A model generated the notes under the pieces. It was not told the origin of the DNA. It worked only from the letters and a program-made list of their open reading frames with translations, and did not search any database. A stretch of DNA of 63,402 bases, filler included, from Octopus bimaculoides (Eukaryota), in NCBI RefSeq assembly GCF_001194135.2. It is 3 parts of 3 records of this genome, joined end to end, with 100 filler letters (N's around TTAATTAATTAA, not from the genome) between each part and the next. Parts side by side here need not be neighbours in the genome. Positions count along the whole stretch, not along the records: positions 1 to 30,969 come from NC_068992.1; 2 more parts are not named here. The stretch is one strand, 5' to 3'. Numbering within the stretch: the stretch's first letter is position 1; each line of letters begins with the position of its first letter. This document shows, one piece after another, positions 12,528 through 26,034 of this stretch. The position numbers and the translations under genes were made by a program.

Positions 12528-12707
12528 ATAGGACGAATATTTCTGCAAATATTAAAGTGTATTTCCTGTTAGAAATAGAGTGAAATTGTAATGCAAAACT
12601 AAATTATATTGTCGGCCGAATACTTTATTTTTGATGGTTGTTATTAAATCTGATATGTTTATCAAAGGGAGGTCATCGTTTTCTTACACATTGGTAGCAG
12701 CATGGAT

Positions 12708-12708
<1 letters not shown>

Positions 12709-12794
<86 letters not shown>

Positions 12795-12807
12795 GTAATA
12801 ATAATAA
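12709..12807. repeat. (TAA)n microsatellite, immediately 5' of an R4/Dong copy
   Basis: Read directly. Confidence 0.97.
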
Positions 12808-13348
12808 CACTATGGAATAACAACAGAAAAAAGATGGTATAAACACACGCCAGAAAAGGTAACAGAAAACGAGAAAGCAACCATACTCTGGGATATGCCA
12901 ATACACACAGATAGAGAAATTAAGGCAAATAGACCAGATATAGTTGTCAAAGATCATGAAGAAAAAAATGCTTTCTAATTGATGTATCAATACCAGCAGA
13001 TGACAACGTTTCTCTAAAAGAAATGGAAAAACTTTCAAAATACAAAGACCTGGAAATAGAGGTAACTCGAATGTGGAATCTAAAAACAGAAACAATTCCT
13101 ATTATAGTAGGTGCCTTAGGTATAATAAAAAAAATATTTAGACAAATACATAACAAAAACACCAGGACTTACAAATATATATAACATACAGAAAATTGCA
13201 CTACTGGGCACTGCACACATCCTACGCAAAACACTTTCAATACAGTAACCATAAGAGCACCACAGCAAACAACAACACATACCCAAGGCGCACAGAGCTG
13301 CGCTCGGTAGTGAAGTGAAAGCACCTTATAAAAATAAATCTACTGAAC
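12808..13348 (+). mobile_element. R4/Dong-type retrotransposon 3' end, subfamily 1 (restriction-like endonuclease domain plus 3' UTR)
   Basis: HYGITTEKRWYKHTPEKVTENEKATILWDMPIHTDREIKANRPDIVVKD...CFLIDVSIPADDNVSLKEMEKLSKYKDLEIEVTRMWNLKTETIPIIVGALG...HILRKTLSIQ* (stop 13246-48, small frameshifts) shows the RPD...D...E..K..KY motif. (TAA)n lies on both sides. Confidence 0.88.
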
Positions 13349-13363
13349 AATAATAATAATAAT

Positions 13364-14123
<760 letters not shown>

Positions 14124-14411
14124 GGCGTAACTCGAATGTGGAATCTGAAAACAGAAACAATTCCTATCATAGTATGCACCTTAGGTATGATAAAAAATAT
14201 ACAGACAAATACATAACAAAAAGACCAGGACTTACAAATATATATAACATACAGAAAATTGCACTACTGGGCACTGCACACATCCTACGCAAAACACTTT
14301 CAATACAGTAACCATAAGAGCATCACAGCAAACTACAGCACATACCCAAGGCACACAGAGCTGTGCTCGGTAGTGAAGTGAAAGCACGTTATAAAAATAA
14401 AACTACTGAAC
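14124..14411 (+). mobile_element. Shorter 5'-truncated R4/Dong copy, subfamily 1
   Basis: Near-identical to about 13060-13348 (ITKRPGLTNIYNIQKIALLGTAHILRKTLSIQ* and the same 3' UTR); (TAA)n on both sides. Confidence 0.88.
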
Positions 14412-14432
14412 AATAATAATAATAATAATAAT

Positions 14433-15010
14433 CCTTTCTACTATTGGCGCAAGGTCTAAAATTTGGGTGGAAGTGTATGGTCCATCACATCGAGCCCAGC
14501 TTTTCACTAGTACGTAACTTACCGACCCTAACGATTCTGTGTGCTTGATGCCTTAATTAAAATAATGATCCTTTGTATTAAAGGCACATGGCCTGAAACT
14601 TAGAGGGATGGGACTAGTCGATTACATCGATCTCAATGTTTCACTGGTACTTAATGTATCGACCCCGAATTGATAAAAAGCAAAATCGACCTCAGCGGAA
14701 TTTGAACTCAGACCATAGTGGCTGGCCAAATACCGATAAACATTTCGTCCAGCATGCTAACTATACGGCCAACTCACCGCCGTAATAATAAGAATAATAA
14801 TCCTTTCTTCTACAAGCACAAGGCCCGATATTTTGAGGGATGGAGGTAGTCGATTAGATCGACTCCAGTACGCAACTGGTAATTAATTTATCGACCCCCG
14901 AATTGATGAAAGGCAAAGTCGACCTCGGCGGAATTTGAACTCAGAACGTAAATACAGACGAAATACCGCTAAGCATTGCGCCCAGCATGCTAACGATTCT
15001 GCCGGTTCTT
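14433..15010 (-). mobile_element. Three tandem family B SINE copies (about 14433-14530, 14570-14782, 14800-15010)
   Basis: Repeated CCTTT...GGCACA/GGCGCAAGG, ATCGACCCC and GACCTCGGCGGAATTTGAACTCAGA modules homologous to 5344-5553; the first and third begin directly after AAT repeats. Confidence 0.8.
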
Positions 15011-15021
15011 GCCACAGTAAT

Positions 15022-15120
<99 letters not shown>

Positions 15121-15488
15121 AATAATAATAATGATAACAATAATAATGATAACAATAATAATGATGATGATCATAATAAATGTTCTTTTTTTCTGCTCTT
15201 ATCTTAGGAGTAAATGCACTTTACAGTATTAACATATGTTTGTGTCATTCATTGCAAAACATGTCACTTTCAAGAAAAAAAAAAAAGTTATATGATAAAA
15301 AAGAAAGCACACAAGCATAACGTTACTAAATTTACGGTGACGCCGTGTGGTTTCACGTGTATTTCCGTTGAAATAAGCGGGGAATTTCCCTACCGGGAAA
15401 TAAAATACTAATGCATGTGTCACAGGAAAAAAATTTATCCGTAAATGCAAAGGAATATCTTGCATTAAGACACACACACACACACACA

Positions 15489-15546
<58 letters not shown>

Positions 15547-16254
15547 CTCTCTCTCTATATATATATATATTTCTCTCTCTCTCTCTCTCTGACACACACA
15601 CCCATACACACAACGAACACACTCGCGCTCACATGCACTCATAAGCACATATTCATGAAGATGAGTTGGGAATCAATCCAGGCGAAAAAAGATATGGAAA
15701 ACAGGAAGCGTAATGAATAGAGAACTTGGAAAATTTTGACCGTGTTTTTTAAGGCACTCCCATTAAACGTGTTAATTTCCTTAATAGTAGGAAAAAAAGT
15801 TAATTTCTAACAATATACTTCGTTTAGCCTAGGNNNNNNNNNNNNNNNNNNNNNNNNNNNNNNNNNNNNNNNNNNNNNNNNNNNNNNNNNNNNNNNNNNN
15901 NNNNNNNNNNNNNNNNNNNNNNNNNNNNNNNNNNNNNNNNNNNNNNNNNNNNNNNNNNNNNNNNNNNNNNNNNNNNNNNNNNNNNNNNNNNNNNNNNNNN
16001 NNNNNNNNNNNNNNNNNNNNNNNNNNNNNNNNNNNNNNNNNNNNNNNNNNNNNNNNNNNNNNNNNNNNNNNNNNNNNNNNNNNNNNNNNNNNNNNNNNNN
16101 NNNNNNNNNNNNNNNNNNNNNNNNNNNNNNNNNNNNNNNNNNNTATATATATATATATGCTTACATATGTAGAGAGAGAGACAGGCACAGACACACACAT
16201 ACACACACACATATATACACGTATTTCCTTTGAAACCACAACAAAAATAATTGT

Positions 16255-16445
16255 TTCTAATTCTAGCACTAGGCCAGCAATTTGGAGTGGAGTAGGAGCC
16301 ATTCGATTACATCGATCCCAGTGGTCAGCTGCTACTTATTTCATTGATTCTGAAAAGATGAAATGCAATGTCAACCTCGACAGTAATTAAACAGAATTTA
16401 AACTGGAAAAAATGTCGCCAAACATTTTTCCCGGCATAATAACAA
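16255..16445 (-). mobile_element. Degenerate family B SINE
   Basis: CGATTACATCGATCCCAGTG...ACTTATTTCATTGATTCTGAAAAGATGAAATGCAATGTCAACCTCG aligns with the other family B copies. Confidence 0.6.
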
Positions 16446-17752
16446 GAACCTTACTTTTATGAATATCCATTCCTTAAACATATGTATGTTTCAATATCCA
16501 TAAATGTGCAGTTATGCATATATGATTAAACGTTCACTCATTAGTGCATCGGCCTGTAAATAGTAGCGAGTGGTATAGCTCAATGAAGACCTCACACTAT
16601 GATTAAAACATTTTTGGTGTTGTCTCCGCTAACTCCCTACAGGTAAGCAATATTTAAAGTCATTTATGCACTCATTTCCCCCGTGAAATAATTATTTCCC
16701 GGCAGCACAATATTCGCCACGTTAAATATATTAAAATGAACTCGTCTACTGTTACTACTGCGGTTATAACTACTATGAACACCTCTACTCCCACATCTAC
16801 TGCGACCGGTACAACATTTTACACTTACCCCTTCTGATTTTCTCTTCTCCGGTAGCTTCTAGTATTTTCTCTTCTTTAAAGTCACCAGTTTTTGACTTGG
16901 TATGTATGATGCTAAAGGGAGAAAGAAAGAAAATAGAGGGTAAGTGGAATAAAAGGAAATACGAAGTAATCTGACCAGTTATGTTTACCAAACCAAAATG
17001 ACTGACCTGTACAGATGAAAACATTGATAACCGCGAAACGTATATATACCGATCAACAAACTCGGCACAAACCAGATGCAGCGGAGCCGTGTCAGTGACA
17101 CGGTTGCAGGCGGTACTACGAAAATTTTAACACCAAATAATAAATATTTATGTAAATTCATTAGTGTGTGTGTTTTTGAATGATTAATATGTGTCTTCCA
17201 CGATGTAATTGGCCTACTACGGCATGTATTGATTTTTTATCAGATGGATCGCATCTCACAAAGTATAATATATTTCAGCCTGATTGGAACACCATTCTTA
17301 TAATGGTATATGATCGTATTTGTAATAATATATTAAATACGATAACAATTTCTACATTCAATACCTAGATGAATTAAATTTTACGTACATACCAGCAACT
17401 CACGTGCAATATTATACTTTCTCGCTCTCTCATACACACAGAGAGGCATACATACATACAAACATGCACACATACACACACGCGCGCACACATGCACGCA
17501 CATACACATACATATAGGTGTCTGTGTATATTTATAACAACCTTTATTCACTCGTTTATCTTTTGTTTCTACATTAGACACCAACTGTGCTTGACTACCT
17601 TGAAGTGATTAATCGAACAAATCGAACACAAAGCTGATCCTAATTCTGTCTCACACTTTTTGACGAACTGCTAAGTTATGAAGATGTAAAGGAACCAACA
17701 TCGGTTGTCAAGCAGAGTTAGCGGGCAAGCATGAGCACAAACACATACATGT

Positions 17753-17806
<54 letters not shown>

Positions 17807-18692
17807 ACCTTTAACAAGAATATCATGAGACTTTCGCCCGCTAATTTTCTTCGGACTGATCGACGATGGCTTAGCTGGTCGACACTTTGAAATCACTGTC
17901 AACAATATTCTCGTTTAAGTATAAACAATTTTGAATTCTATGAAAGTATAGAGTAACTNNNNNNNNNNNNNNNNNNNNNNNNNNNNNNNNNNNNNNNNNN
18001 NNNNNNNNNNNNNNNNNNNNNNNNNNNNNNNNNNNNNNNNNNNNNNNNNNNNNNNNNNNNNNNNNNNNNNNNNNNNNNNNNNNNNNNNNNNNNNNNNNNN
18101 NNNNNNNNNNNNNNNNNNNNNNNNNNNNNNNNNNNNNNNNNNNNNNNNNNNNNNNNNNNNNNNNNNNNNNNNNNNNNNNNNNNNNNNNNNNNNNNNNNNN
18201 NNNNNNNNNNNNNNNNNNNNNNNNNNNNNNNNNNNNNNNNNNNNNNNNNNNNNNNNNNNNNNNNNNNNNNNNNNNNNNNNNNNNNNNNNNNNNNNNNNNN
18301 NNNNNNNNNNNNNNNNNNNNNNNNNNNNNNNNNNNNNNNNNNNNNNNNNNNNNNNNNNNNNNNNNNNNNNNNNNNNNNNNNNNNNNNNNNNNNNNNNNNN
18401 NNNNNNNNNNNNNNNNNNNNNNNNNNNNNNNNNNNNNNNNNNNNNNNNNNNNNNNNNNNNNNNNNNNNNNNNNNNNNNNNNNNNNNNNNNNNNNNNNNNN
18501 NNNNNNNNNNNNNNNNNNNNNNNNNNNNNNNNNNNNNNNNNNNNNNNNNNNNNNNNNNNNNNNNNNNNNNNNNNNNNNNNNNNNNNNNNNNNNNNNNNNN
18601 NNNNNNNNNNNNNNNNNNNNNNNNNNNNNNNNNNATATATATATATGCATACATACGACATACACACACATATACATACATACATATATACA

Positions 18693-18738
<46 letters not shown>

Positions 18739-20137
18739 GGAAAATTGAGTTTGAAAATGAACTGAGAATAGTTAAAATATTTTTTTATTAACGTATTTGA
18801 CCGTTTTCTACTTGACTGTTATCTTAGTTATATTATACCGTTTTCTATTTGACAGTTATCTACATTATTTACATTTGACGGATATTTGACAACAAATAAG
18901 ATGAGGACAAATGTCCGTCAAATATAAATAATGTAAATAATGTACATAATTCCACATCTCTTAAATATAGAACTGTGTTTTCACAGTTTACATTGATTTT
19001 CAAAACTTGAAATAGAAAGACATGGCTTATATCGCAACTGTCTTGCTTCTGACTAGTGTTTGAAGTTTGTCGTATTTTCATAGGGAGTTCACGGCTCAAA
19101 TTAGTATATCCTTTGCATGGGTTTTGATTGGCAGTATCAAGTAACACATTTTATCGTCGTAAGTTAAGGTTGACACGGTTCAGTAAGCGAGTCTAGTGGT
19201 AGTACCAAACATTCAATGTTTTGAATGTTTTCTGTCAAGTGCTTGTAGGGAATGCACACGTGATTAAGTTTTGAACCTTGAGTACGTTTCCTGCTACGTC
19301 CGTGCGTTAGTTTTCGTGGCAGTATATTTTGTGCCTAAAATGAAAGCCGACACGGTTGAGTGGACATGTTTAGTTACAATCAAGATACTCCAAATTTAGT
19401 CTGTCAGTGAATACCACAGATAAAGGCAGAGAATACTTCCATAAAAAAATACAAGCTCAGACTTAACAAACTTTAACAGAGTACATACTCAACTATCCAC
19501 ACAGAAACCTCATTCTGCCACTTAATATGAGGAACCTACACGGCTAACAGCCTAAATTTCATCCACTGGACTACACACAAATGACTTCTTTCTACTTCCC
19601 TACCAGACAGATTAAATTTGGAGTGCCTCGATTTTAACTAAACATGTTTACTCAAACGTGCCGGCCTTCATTTTAGTTGCTACCACGTGACATTAATGCA
19701 TGGACGTAGCGAGAACCGTACAGAATGTTCTAAATTTAATCACGTGTTCATTTTCCACAAAGAATTGACGGGAAATATTCAGTGAATTGATTGTTTAGTA
19801 CTACCACAAGATTTGTTCAGTCAACTGTGTCAGGCTTAACTTACGATGCTAAACATTGTCACTTGATACTAGCAGACGGATGTTGCGGGGAACCTACAAC
19901 AATTCCTAAGACCATTCATACCCAATCAAAACCTTTTCAAAACATGTACTAATTTGAGTCATGAACTCCCTGTAACAATAGGGCAAGCTTCAAATACTAG
20001 TCAGAAGCAAAACAGATGCGTTTTTTTTTTCCTCAAATTTATGAAAATCTGTGTAAGCTGTGAAACCGGTTAAATCTTTAAATATAATAATAAAAAATAT
20101 GCTAATTATTCTGTGTATTTTCAACATCTAGTTTTCC
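18739..20137. mobile_element. About 1.4-kb foldback element with long degenerate inverted arms, flanked by TA/TATA
   Basis: Co-linear inverted similarity: 19337-19398 vs 19613-19674 (about 9 mismatches in 62), and ACTAGTCAGAAGCA plus ACTAATTTGAG.C.TGAACTCCCT shared between about 19040-19105 and 19945-20010. Termini GGAAAA...TTTTCC with TATA on both sides. Confidence 0.72.
18862..18973 (+). mobile_element. Miniature PLE terminal fragment with inverted 5' piece, inside the left arm of the foldback element
   Basis: ACATTATTTACATTTGACGGATATTTG followed by near-complementary CAAATGTCCGTCAAATATAAATAATGT; ends in ATCTCTTAAATATAGAAC, matching the reverse complement of the terminus at 45543. Confidence 0.65.
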
Positions 20138-20430
20138 TATACGTATACCCGTGTCGAATAAAATAACTTTGTTTTCTATAAATATATGTACATGCACACC
20201 CATTTAGTTTGTTGCCAATTTGCTCATTTGCTCAATTGCTCATTTGTTTGTATATGCTTATAGGTATTCACACCCTTGTTTATGCAGTTACCAGCTTTTT
20301 TCCACTCGCTAATCTGTACCACTGATACACGTGTGTGTATTCATTCAATACATTTGAATAAATAGACATACTGGAATGATTACCGACTGATGTCTGTCGA
20401 TTTTATATCCTCTCCGTTTTCTTATTTGCC

Positions 20431-20464
<34 letters not shown>

Positions 20465-20484
20465 ATAATTAATTAAGTAATTAG

Positions 20485-21050
20485 AAGATGTATTTAGATT
20501 TAGGATGGCGAGGATAGGTCGATTTATTTTGAAATAGGTCTGGTGTGGCTACTGCAGGCAGAGAGAGAGAGAGAGAGAGAGAGGGACAGTCAAATTTGTT
20601 GAGTTTGTGGGTCGTAGGGCTAAATTAAATGGTAAAAGTTCTCTGGGTGCAGACAGTGATGTGATAATGAGTTGGGATAGAAGTGAGGAGGAAATGAATT
20701 CTTGGATTGTAAGCGAGATTTATTGGTAGTGTGACATGGGGTATGAGTGTAGAGGGCAGTAGAACGAGGTCTTTTGGAGTTCGTGGAGCTCCTGAATCTT
20801 GTGGAGTTCTTCGCGCCACATGACACATACCTCCACTTTAGTCAGCCGGTTTGATGACAATGTCTTGTCAGTATCGCAGGCACCGAACGGTTGAGAGGTC
20901 ACTTCGGGAGAATTTTCAGAGGCTTCTACTCAATGAAATTGTCCATGGTACAGATCAAATGAGTCGAACTTGGTTCAATATTGTTTGGAAACGGTCTCCA
21001 GCACCATTCGGCTGTGATTGTAGTCATGTCTGTTTTATAAGTGTATGTTT
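20485..21050 (-). mobile_element. Degenerate Penelope-like reverse-transcriptase N-terminal fragment, interrupted by (GA)n
   Basis: Minus-strand QDIVIKPAD*SGG (PLE DIVIKPADKG motif), SFYCPL, THKLNKFDCP (compare IHK..CPGRP) and PISK*IDL. Confidence 0.6.
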
Positions 21051-21290
21051 ATAACTGTATATTCACATAATATCTCATCAAAATGCAGTAAACAGCAATT
21101 ATTTGCCAGGTGTGAATATAGTGATCTTAAATTGTAAGCTTGATGAGTAGATTATTACAAACTGAGAATTATACACACACATATATATCTATACACAAAA
21201 CATATAGATGTATTTATAAACAAATGTATAGGTGTGTGTATGTGTGTGTCTTTGTGTGTGTATTTATATATAATACGCACACACACACAG

Positions 21291-21331
<41 letters not shown>

Positions 21332-21530
21332 CATACATACATAGGTACATACATATATCTATGTGTATATCTAATCATATTTATACATACATATACACAG
21401 AGTCACACGTATGTATATATGTATGTATGTATATACTTAGATATATATGACTGTATCGCATACTCGATATATCATATATATACACATACACATATATAAA
21501 TACATACACGCGCAGGCACGCACATACAGG

Positions 21531-21607
<77 letters not shown>

Positions 21608-21618
21608 TGATAGATAGA
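21531..21618. repeat. (GATA)n microsatellite
   Basis: Read directly. Confidence 0.95.
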
Positions 21619-21877
21619 TTGGTTGCAGATGTCTAGCTGAACTGTTTTGGCTTCCTTCACTCTTGATTTCTCCAATCAGAATCTAGGCAGCAACTAGTAT
21701 TGTTATCACCTGTCTTTATCAAAATACATTATTATTTTATCATAATACCCATATTTGTTTCATTTCTCACAGAACAGATAACAAAATATCTACAGCTATG
21801 TTTCTCTTTTATTTTTCTGCAGTTGATACAATTCCCATCTTATTAACGAAACCCCCCTCCCACCACACGCACCACCC

Positions 21878-21933
<56 letters not shown>

Positions 21934-22159
21934 AAAAAGCAAGAAAAACTAGGTACACTTTTATTTTTAATGTAGCAGATAGAGATACTTTGTAAAACAT
22001 TACTCTTGATAGTGCAAGAACAGTTAAATTATTGATGATTTTTTTAAAGAGTAATTGTGTTATTCGTTTTCTTTTGTTGGTACGTTTGGGAAGAAAACCA
22101 AATTGTTAATTTTACTTATTTATAAGTCTAAGACGTTTCTCTTTTTGCATTGCTTACAC

Positions 22160-22190
<31 letters not shown>

Positions 22191-22660
22191 CTTCTTCTTC
22201 TTCTTCTTTTCTTCTTCTCCTCCTCCTCCTACTTCTTCTATTATTGCCCCTTCTACTTATTTCTTACTATAAATCTAGATTTTCATTTGTTTTTGTTCAA
22301 CATCAGCGTCGTCGTCGTCGTTGACATCTCCTTCCTCCTGTTCCTCCTCCTCCTCCTCCTCCTCCTCCTCATCATCATCATCATCGTCATTATAGTCGTC
22401 GTCCTCATCAACTTTTCTTCGTCTTCTTCTTCTTCTACTCCTCCTCCTTCTATTATTGCCCTATCTACTTATTCCTTACTATAAAAGTAGATTCTCATTT
22501 GTTTTTGTTCGTTGAAATCCTCCTCCTCCTCATCATCATCATCTTCATCATCATCATCGTCATCATAGTCGTCGTCCTTATCAACTTTTCTTTTTCTTTT
22601 TCTTCTTCTTCTTCTTCTTCTTCTTCTTCTTCTTCTTTTTCTTCTCCTCCTCCTTCTCTC
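22160..22660. repeat. Tandem duplication of an about 212-bp low-complexity unit
   Basis: The anchor TTCTATTATTGCCC at 22236 and 22448 is followed each time by similar CTACTTAT..CTTACTATAAA..TAGATT.TCATTTGTTTTTGTTC and CATCATCGTCAT.ATAGTCGTCGTCCT.ATCAACTTTTCTT blocks. Confidence 0.8.
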
Positions 22661-23287
22661 TCACTGCTCTCTCTCTCCTGCTTCATTTCTTTCCGTCTTC
22701 TTCTGCACAACGCATTCACAAGCCTTCTGAGAAATAGTGTTAAAAGTTAATATTATCCAATGAAATATATTCAAAAAGAAGTAAAAAAAAAAACTGACAG
22801 AGATTCTGTTGTTATGCTATTTTATCTTTGCCAAGTTTTTAACAATTTTTGTCAGACTTATACATTCCACTCTTCTGTATTCCATTCCGAGCCATTCAAA
22901 ATTAGCATTAGATATTATCAAACCGTTTAAATACGAGATACTAAATAAATTTCAGAATACATTTGTTACAATTGTTATCATCCTATGAATAGGAGGTGAA
23001 TCGGTTGGCGAGAAAATATTAATTTTCAAGAAGTATTCAACTTGTAATAATAATCTACAGAGATGAAGATAGTTGAAAATTTTTAAATGTTTCAAAAATC
23101 GTTAGAATTATATTACGTGAAGCTTTACTTGCGTTGTTTACGTCGAAAATAAATATCTACTGTGATAATAAGGGATAATAAAAGAAATGTGTATCAACTA
23201 TGGAGTAGAAGAAAAACTGATAAAAATGATGAAAGAATCTTGGTAAATTAACAACCACCAGCAGGCCAATTACCCAGCGCATTACAC

Positions 23288-23404
<117 letters not shown>

Positions 23405-23596
23405 TATACAAACACTAATACAACAAAAACTGCACCAAATCCGTTACAAAACAAACTGACACAATGCAAAACCGGGAAACGTTTGCACTTATGTGACAAT
23501 AACAAAAACACACACATACACAATGTTGAACACATCCCAAGAAAACGAAGGTGTATCAGTCGTTGCAGTAGAAACTTGCCTGAAACGACCAAACGT

Positions 23597-23694
<98 letters not shown>

Positions 23695-23829
23695 TATAAT
23701 AAAAACAACAGCACTTAAAGAGCGCAAACCTCTGCCAAGACAACACCAATGCCAAGGCAACACCAGAGATGATTTTTAAAATGAGAATATCTGAAATATA
23801 CTCGACTGCTCACACAAACGAGAATACTA

Positions 23830-24040
23830 ACAATCAACCCAACCGCTCTCAAATACAGGAAAAATAATCCATAACCTTTGTCCGGCACCGGATCGATCCC
23901 AAAATCTAATCAGTTGAGGCCAAACATCTCGGAAAGTTTCATTCGAATCCATCCAGTGGTTCATGAGATATCTTGTCCACGGACAAACAAACATGACTGA
24001 AAACAATACCTCTGCCTTCACTAAAACGGAAGTAAAAATA
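23830..24040 (+). mobile_element. Unclassified interspersed repeat (possibly Helentron/HINE-like)
   Basis: GGATCGATCCCAAAATCTAATCAG...AAGTTTCATTCGAATCC...GAGATATC...ACAAACAAAC and a degenerate terminal hairpin resemble, from recall, widespread non-autonomous elements; classification uncertain. Confidence 0.3.
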
Positions 24041-24191
24041 ATAATAAATCCTTAATAATAATAAATCTTTTCAGGTACAAGGATTGAAATTTGTGGGAAG
24101 GGACAAGTCGAACCCATTTTTTCACTGGTTCTTAATTTATCGACACGGGGACACTGAAAGGCAAAGTCAACCTTGGCAGAATTTGAAATAT

Positions 24192-24266
<75 letters not shown>

Positions 24267-24267
<1 letters not shown>

Positions 24268-25017
24268 TCCTGCTAACAGCTATTAAAGATTCGAGCAATG
24301 AGATGGGGTTGTTGTTTGGCCTTGATAGGTGTGTTAAAGCAACTTTTGTGTCAAGCTCAGGTAAACTGCTTCTATTAAATTAGACACTACTATGAAGGAG
24401 CTTCACCCACCAAGAAGGTTAAGAATACCTAGGGATAAAGGAAAGATATGGTACGCAACATACTGCTATGAAGGAAAAAATAAGAAAGGAGTATTACAGG
24501 AGAATAAGACTCATACTAAAAACTGAACTAAACTCCAAAAATAGCATCGAATATATTGACCCCCGCCTGGTACTTCTAGTAGTCCGAAAAGAAGATACTA
24601 AAAGAAAATACTTTTAGACTAATAGATGTGTCTTCGCTGATAAAAGTATATATATAAAGGAACTTGACAAATTAAGTAAATATAAGGACCTGAAAATTGA
24701 AATACAAAAGATGTGGCATCTTAAAGTGAGAACTGTTTCTGTTATTGTAGGTGCGCTGGGTATGATAAAAAAAAAAAGGTAAGTCAGAAATATAGTTAAG
24801 ATCCCAGGGGAACCATGTTTCACAGAAATCCAAAAGATCGTTGTGACAAGTACTGCCCACATCCTTGGAAAAAACCCTGTGTTGTATTACATGACGATAT
24901 TTTGCTACTATCCCTGCCACTTCCACACTTAAGTTTTCTGTCATACTATAACAACTCTTATCCTTCACTCGCCCAAGACACTTGCAAATGACTGTAACAA
25001 ACATGCATATTAAAAGT
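24267..25017 (+). mobile_element. R4/Dong-type copy, subfamily 2, internally deleted (RT end joined to endonuclease end)
   Basis: IKDSSNEMGLLFGLDRCVKATF and MKEKIRKEYYRRIRLILKTELNSKN (RT end), then KELDKLSKYKDLKIEIQKMWHLKVRTVSVIVGALG; 3' UTR like about 13800-13949; preceded by (AAT)n at 24194-24266. Confidence 0.82.
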
Positions 25018-26001
25018 AAAATAAATAATAATAACAGTAATAATCCTTTCTAATATAGGCACAAGGGTTGTACTCAACTTGTACTTAATTTATCAACCAC
25101 GAAAGGATGAAAGGCAAAGATTCTAATGAAAATGGCAATAATAATAATAATGACTGCCTTGATGCAGTCCCAGGCAACGGCTCTCATGGCTTCGGATTTT
25201 AACTTATTGGAATGATACAAAAGCTGGCTACAGTAAATATTCTGCTCAATGCTACAAAAGTTGCTTGACCTTAACCAGATGAGCATGTCTCTTGGTGGCT
25301 GAACTTATGTGCGTTTCTGTTGACGAGCAGGAGTAGTGGGAGAGCATCATAGCAATATGTTGAGACAAATTTCTTTCGAGTTTGAATAATTCAGCCGTGG
25401 AAACATGGTTGTTTTGTTTATCTTAAATAATCCTCATTCAGGGATCTTTTGTATGTATAGTATATATGTATAAAATCGTTTTGAAAAGACAGGGCATGTA
25501 ACAAAAGACACTACTATAACATACATGCGAATAGATAAATAAATATTTCATATCTTCTTAAGAAAATATTTATAATATTTATTCTGTAACTCGGAATTAA
25601 ACCTATATTTTAACCTCGTTTAATGCAAAATGTCAGTTATTGAACGTTTCAACACAACCGATGAATTTTAATCGGACTTAACGCGTATATCATACTTTTG
25701 GTTGAGAGGACAATGGAATCGCTTCATTTACAGATATATGTCCAGACTAAAGCAGTCTATATCGCTGTAGAATTTCTATTCATATGTCAAGTGTATATTT
25801 ATTTCCACTAATCATTGTATCGCTGGTGGATTTATACAAAGGACGACAGTAGAGAAATTACAATACGTGGTTGGAAATCAACATTTAAAATTCACATTCC
25901 ACAAACACATATAAAAGAAGCATATTGACGCACTCACATACGTCGACATAAACAAACAACACACACAAATTCATACATATTTATATGTATATATATATAC
26001 A

Positions 26002-26034
<33 letters not shown>

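Noticed and set aside
15468-15612. Mirror-like compound microsatellite CA-CT-TA-CT-CA
   Set aside because: Expected in a genome this rich in dinucleotide repeats; no evidence of function.
16560-16650. Consensus + strand donor ACAG|GTAAGC
   Set aside because: No convincing acceptor or coding frame upstream, so it cannot be supported as an exon.
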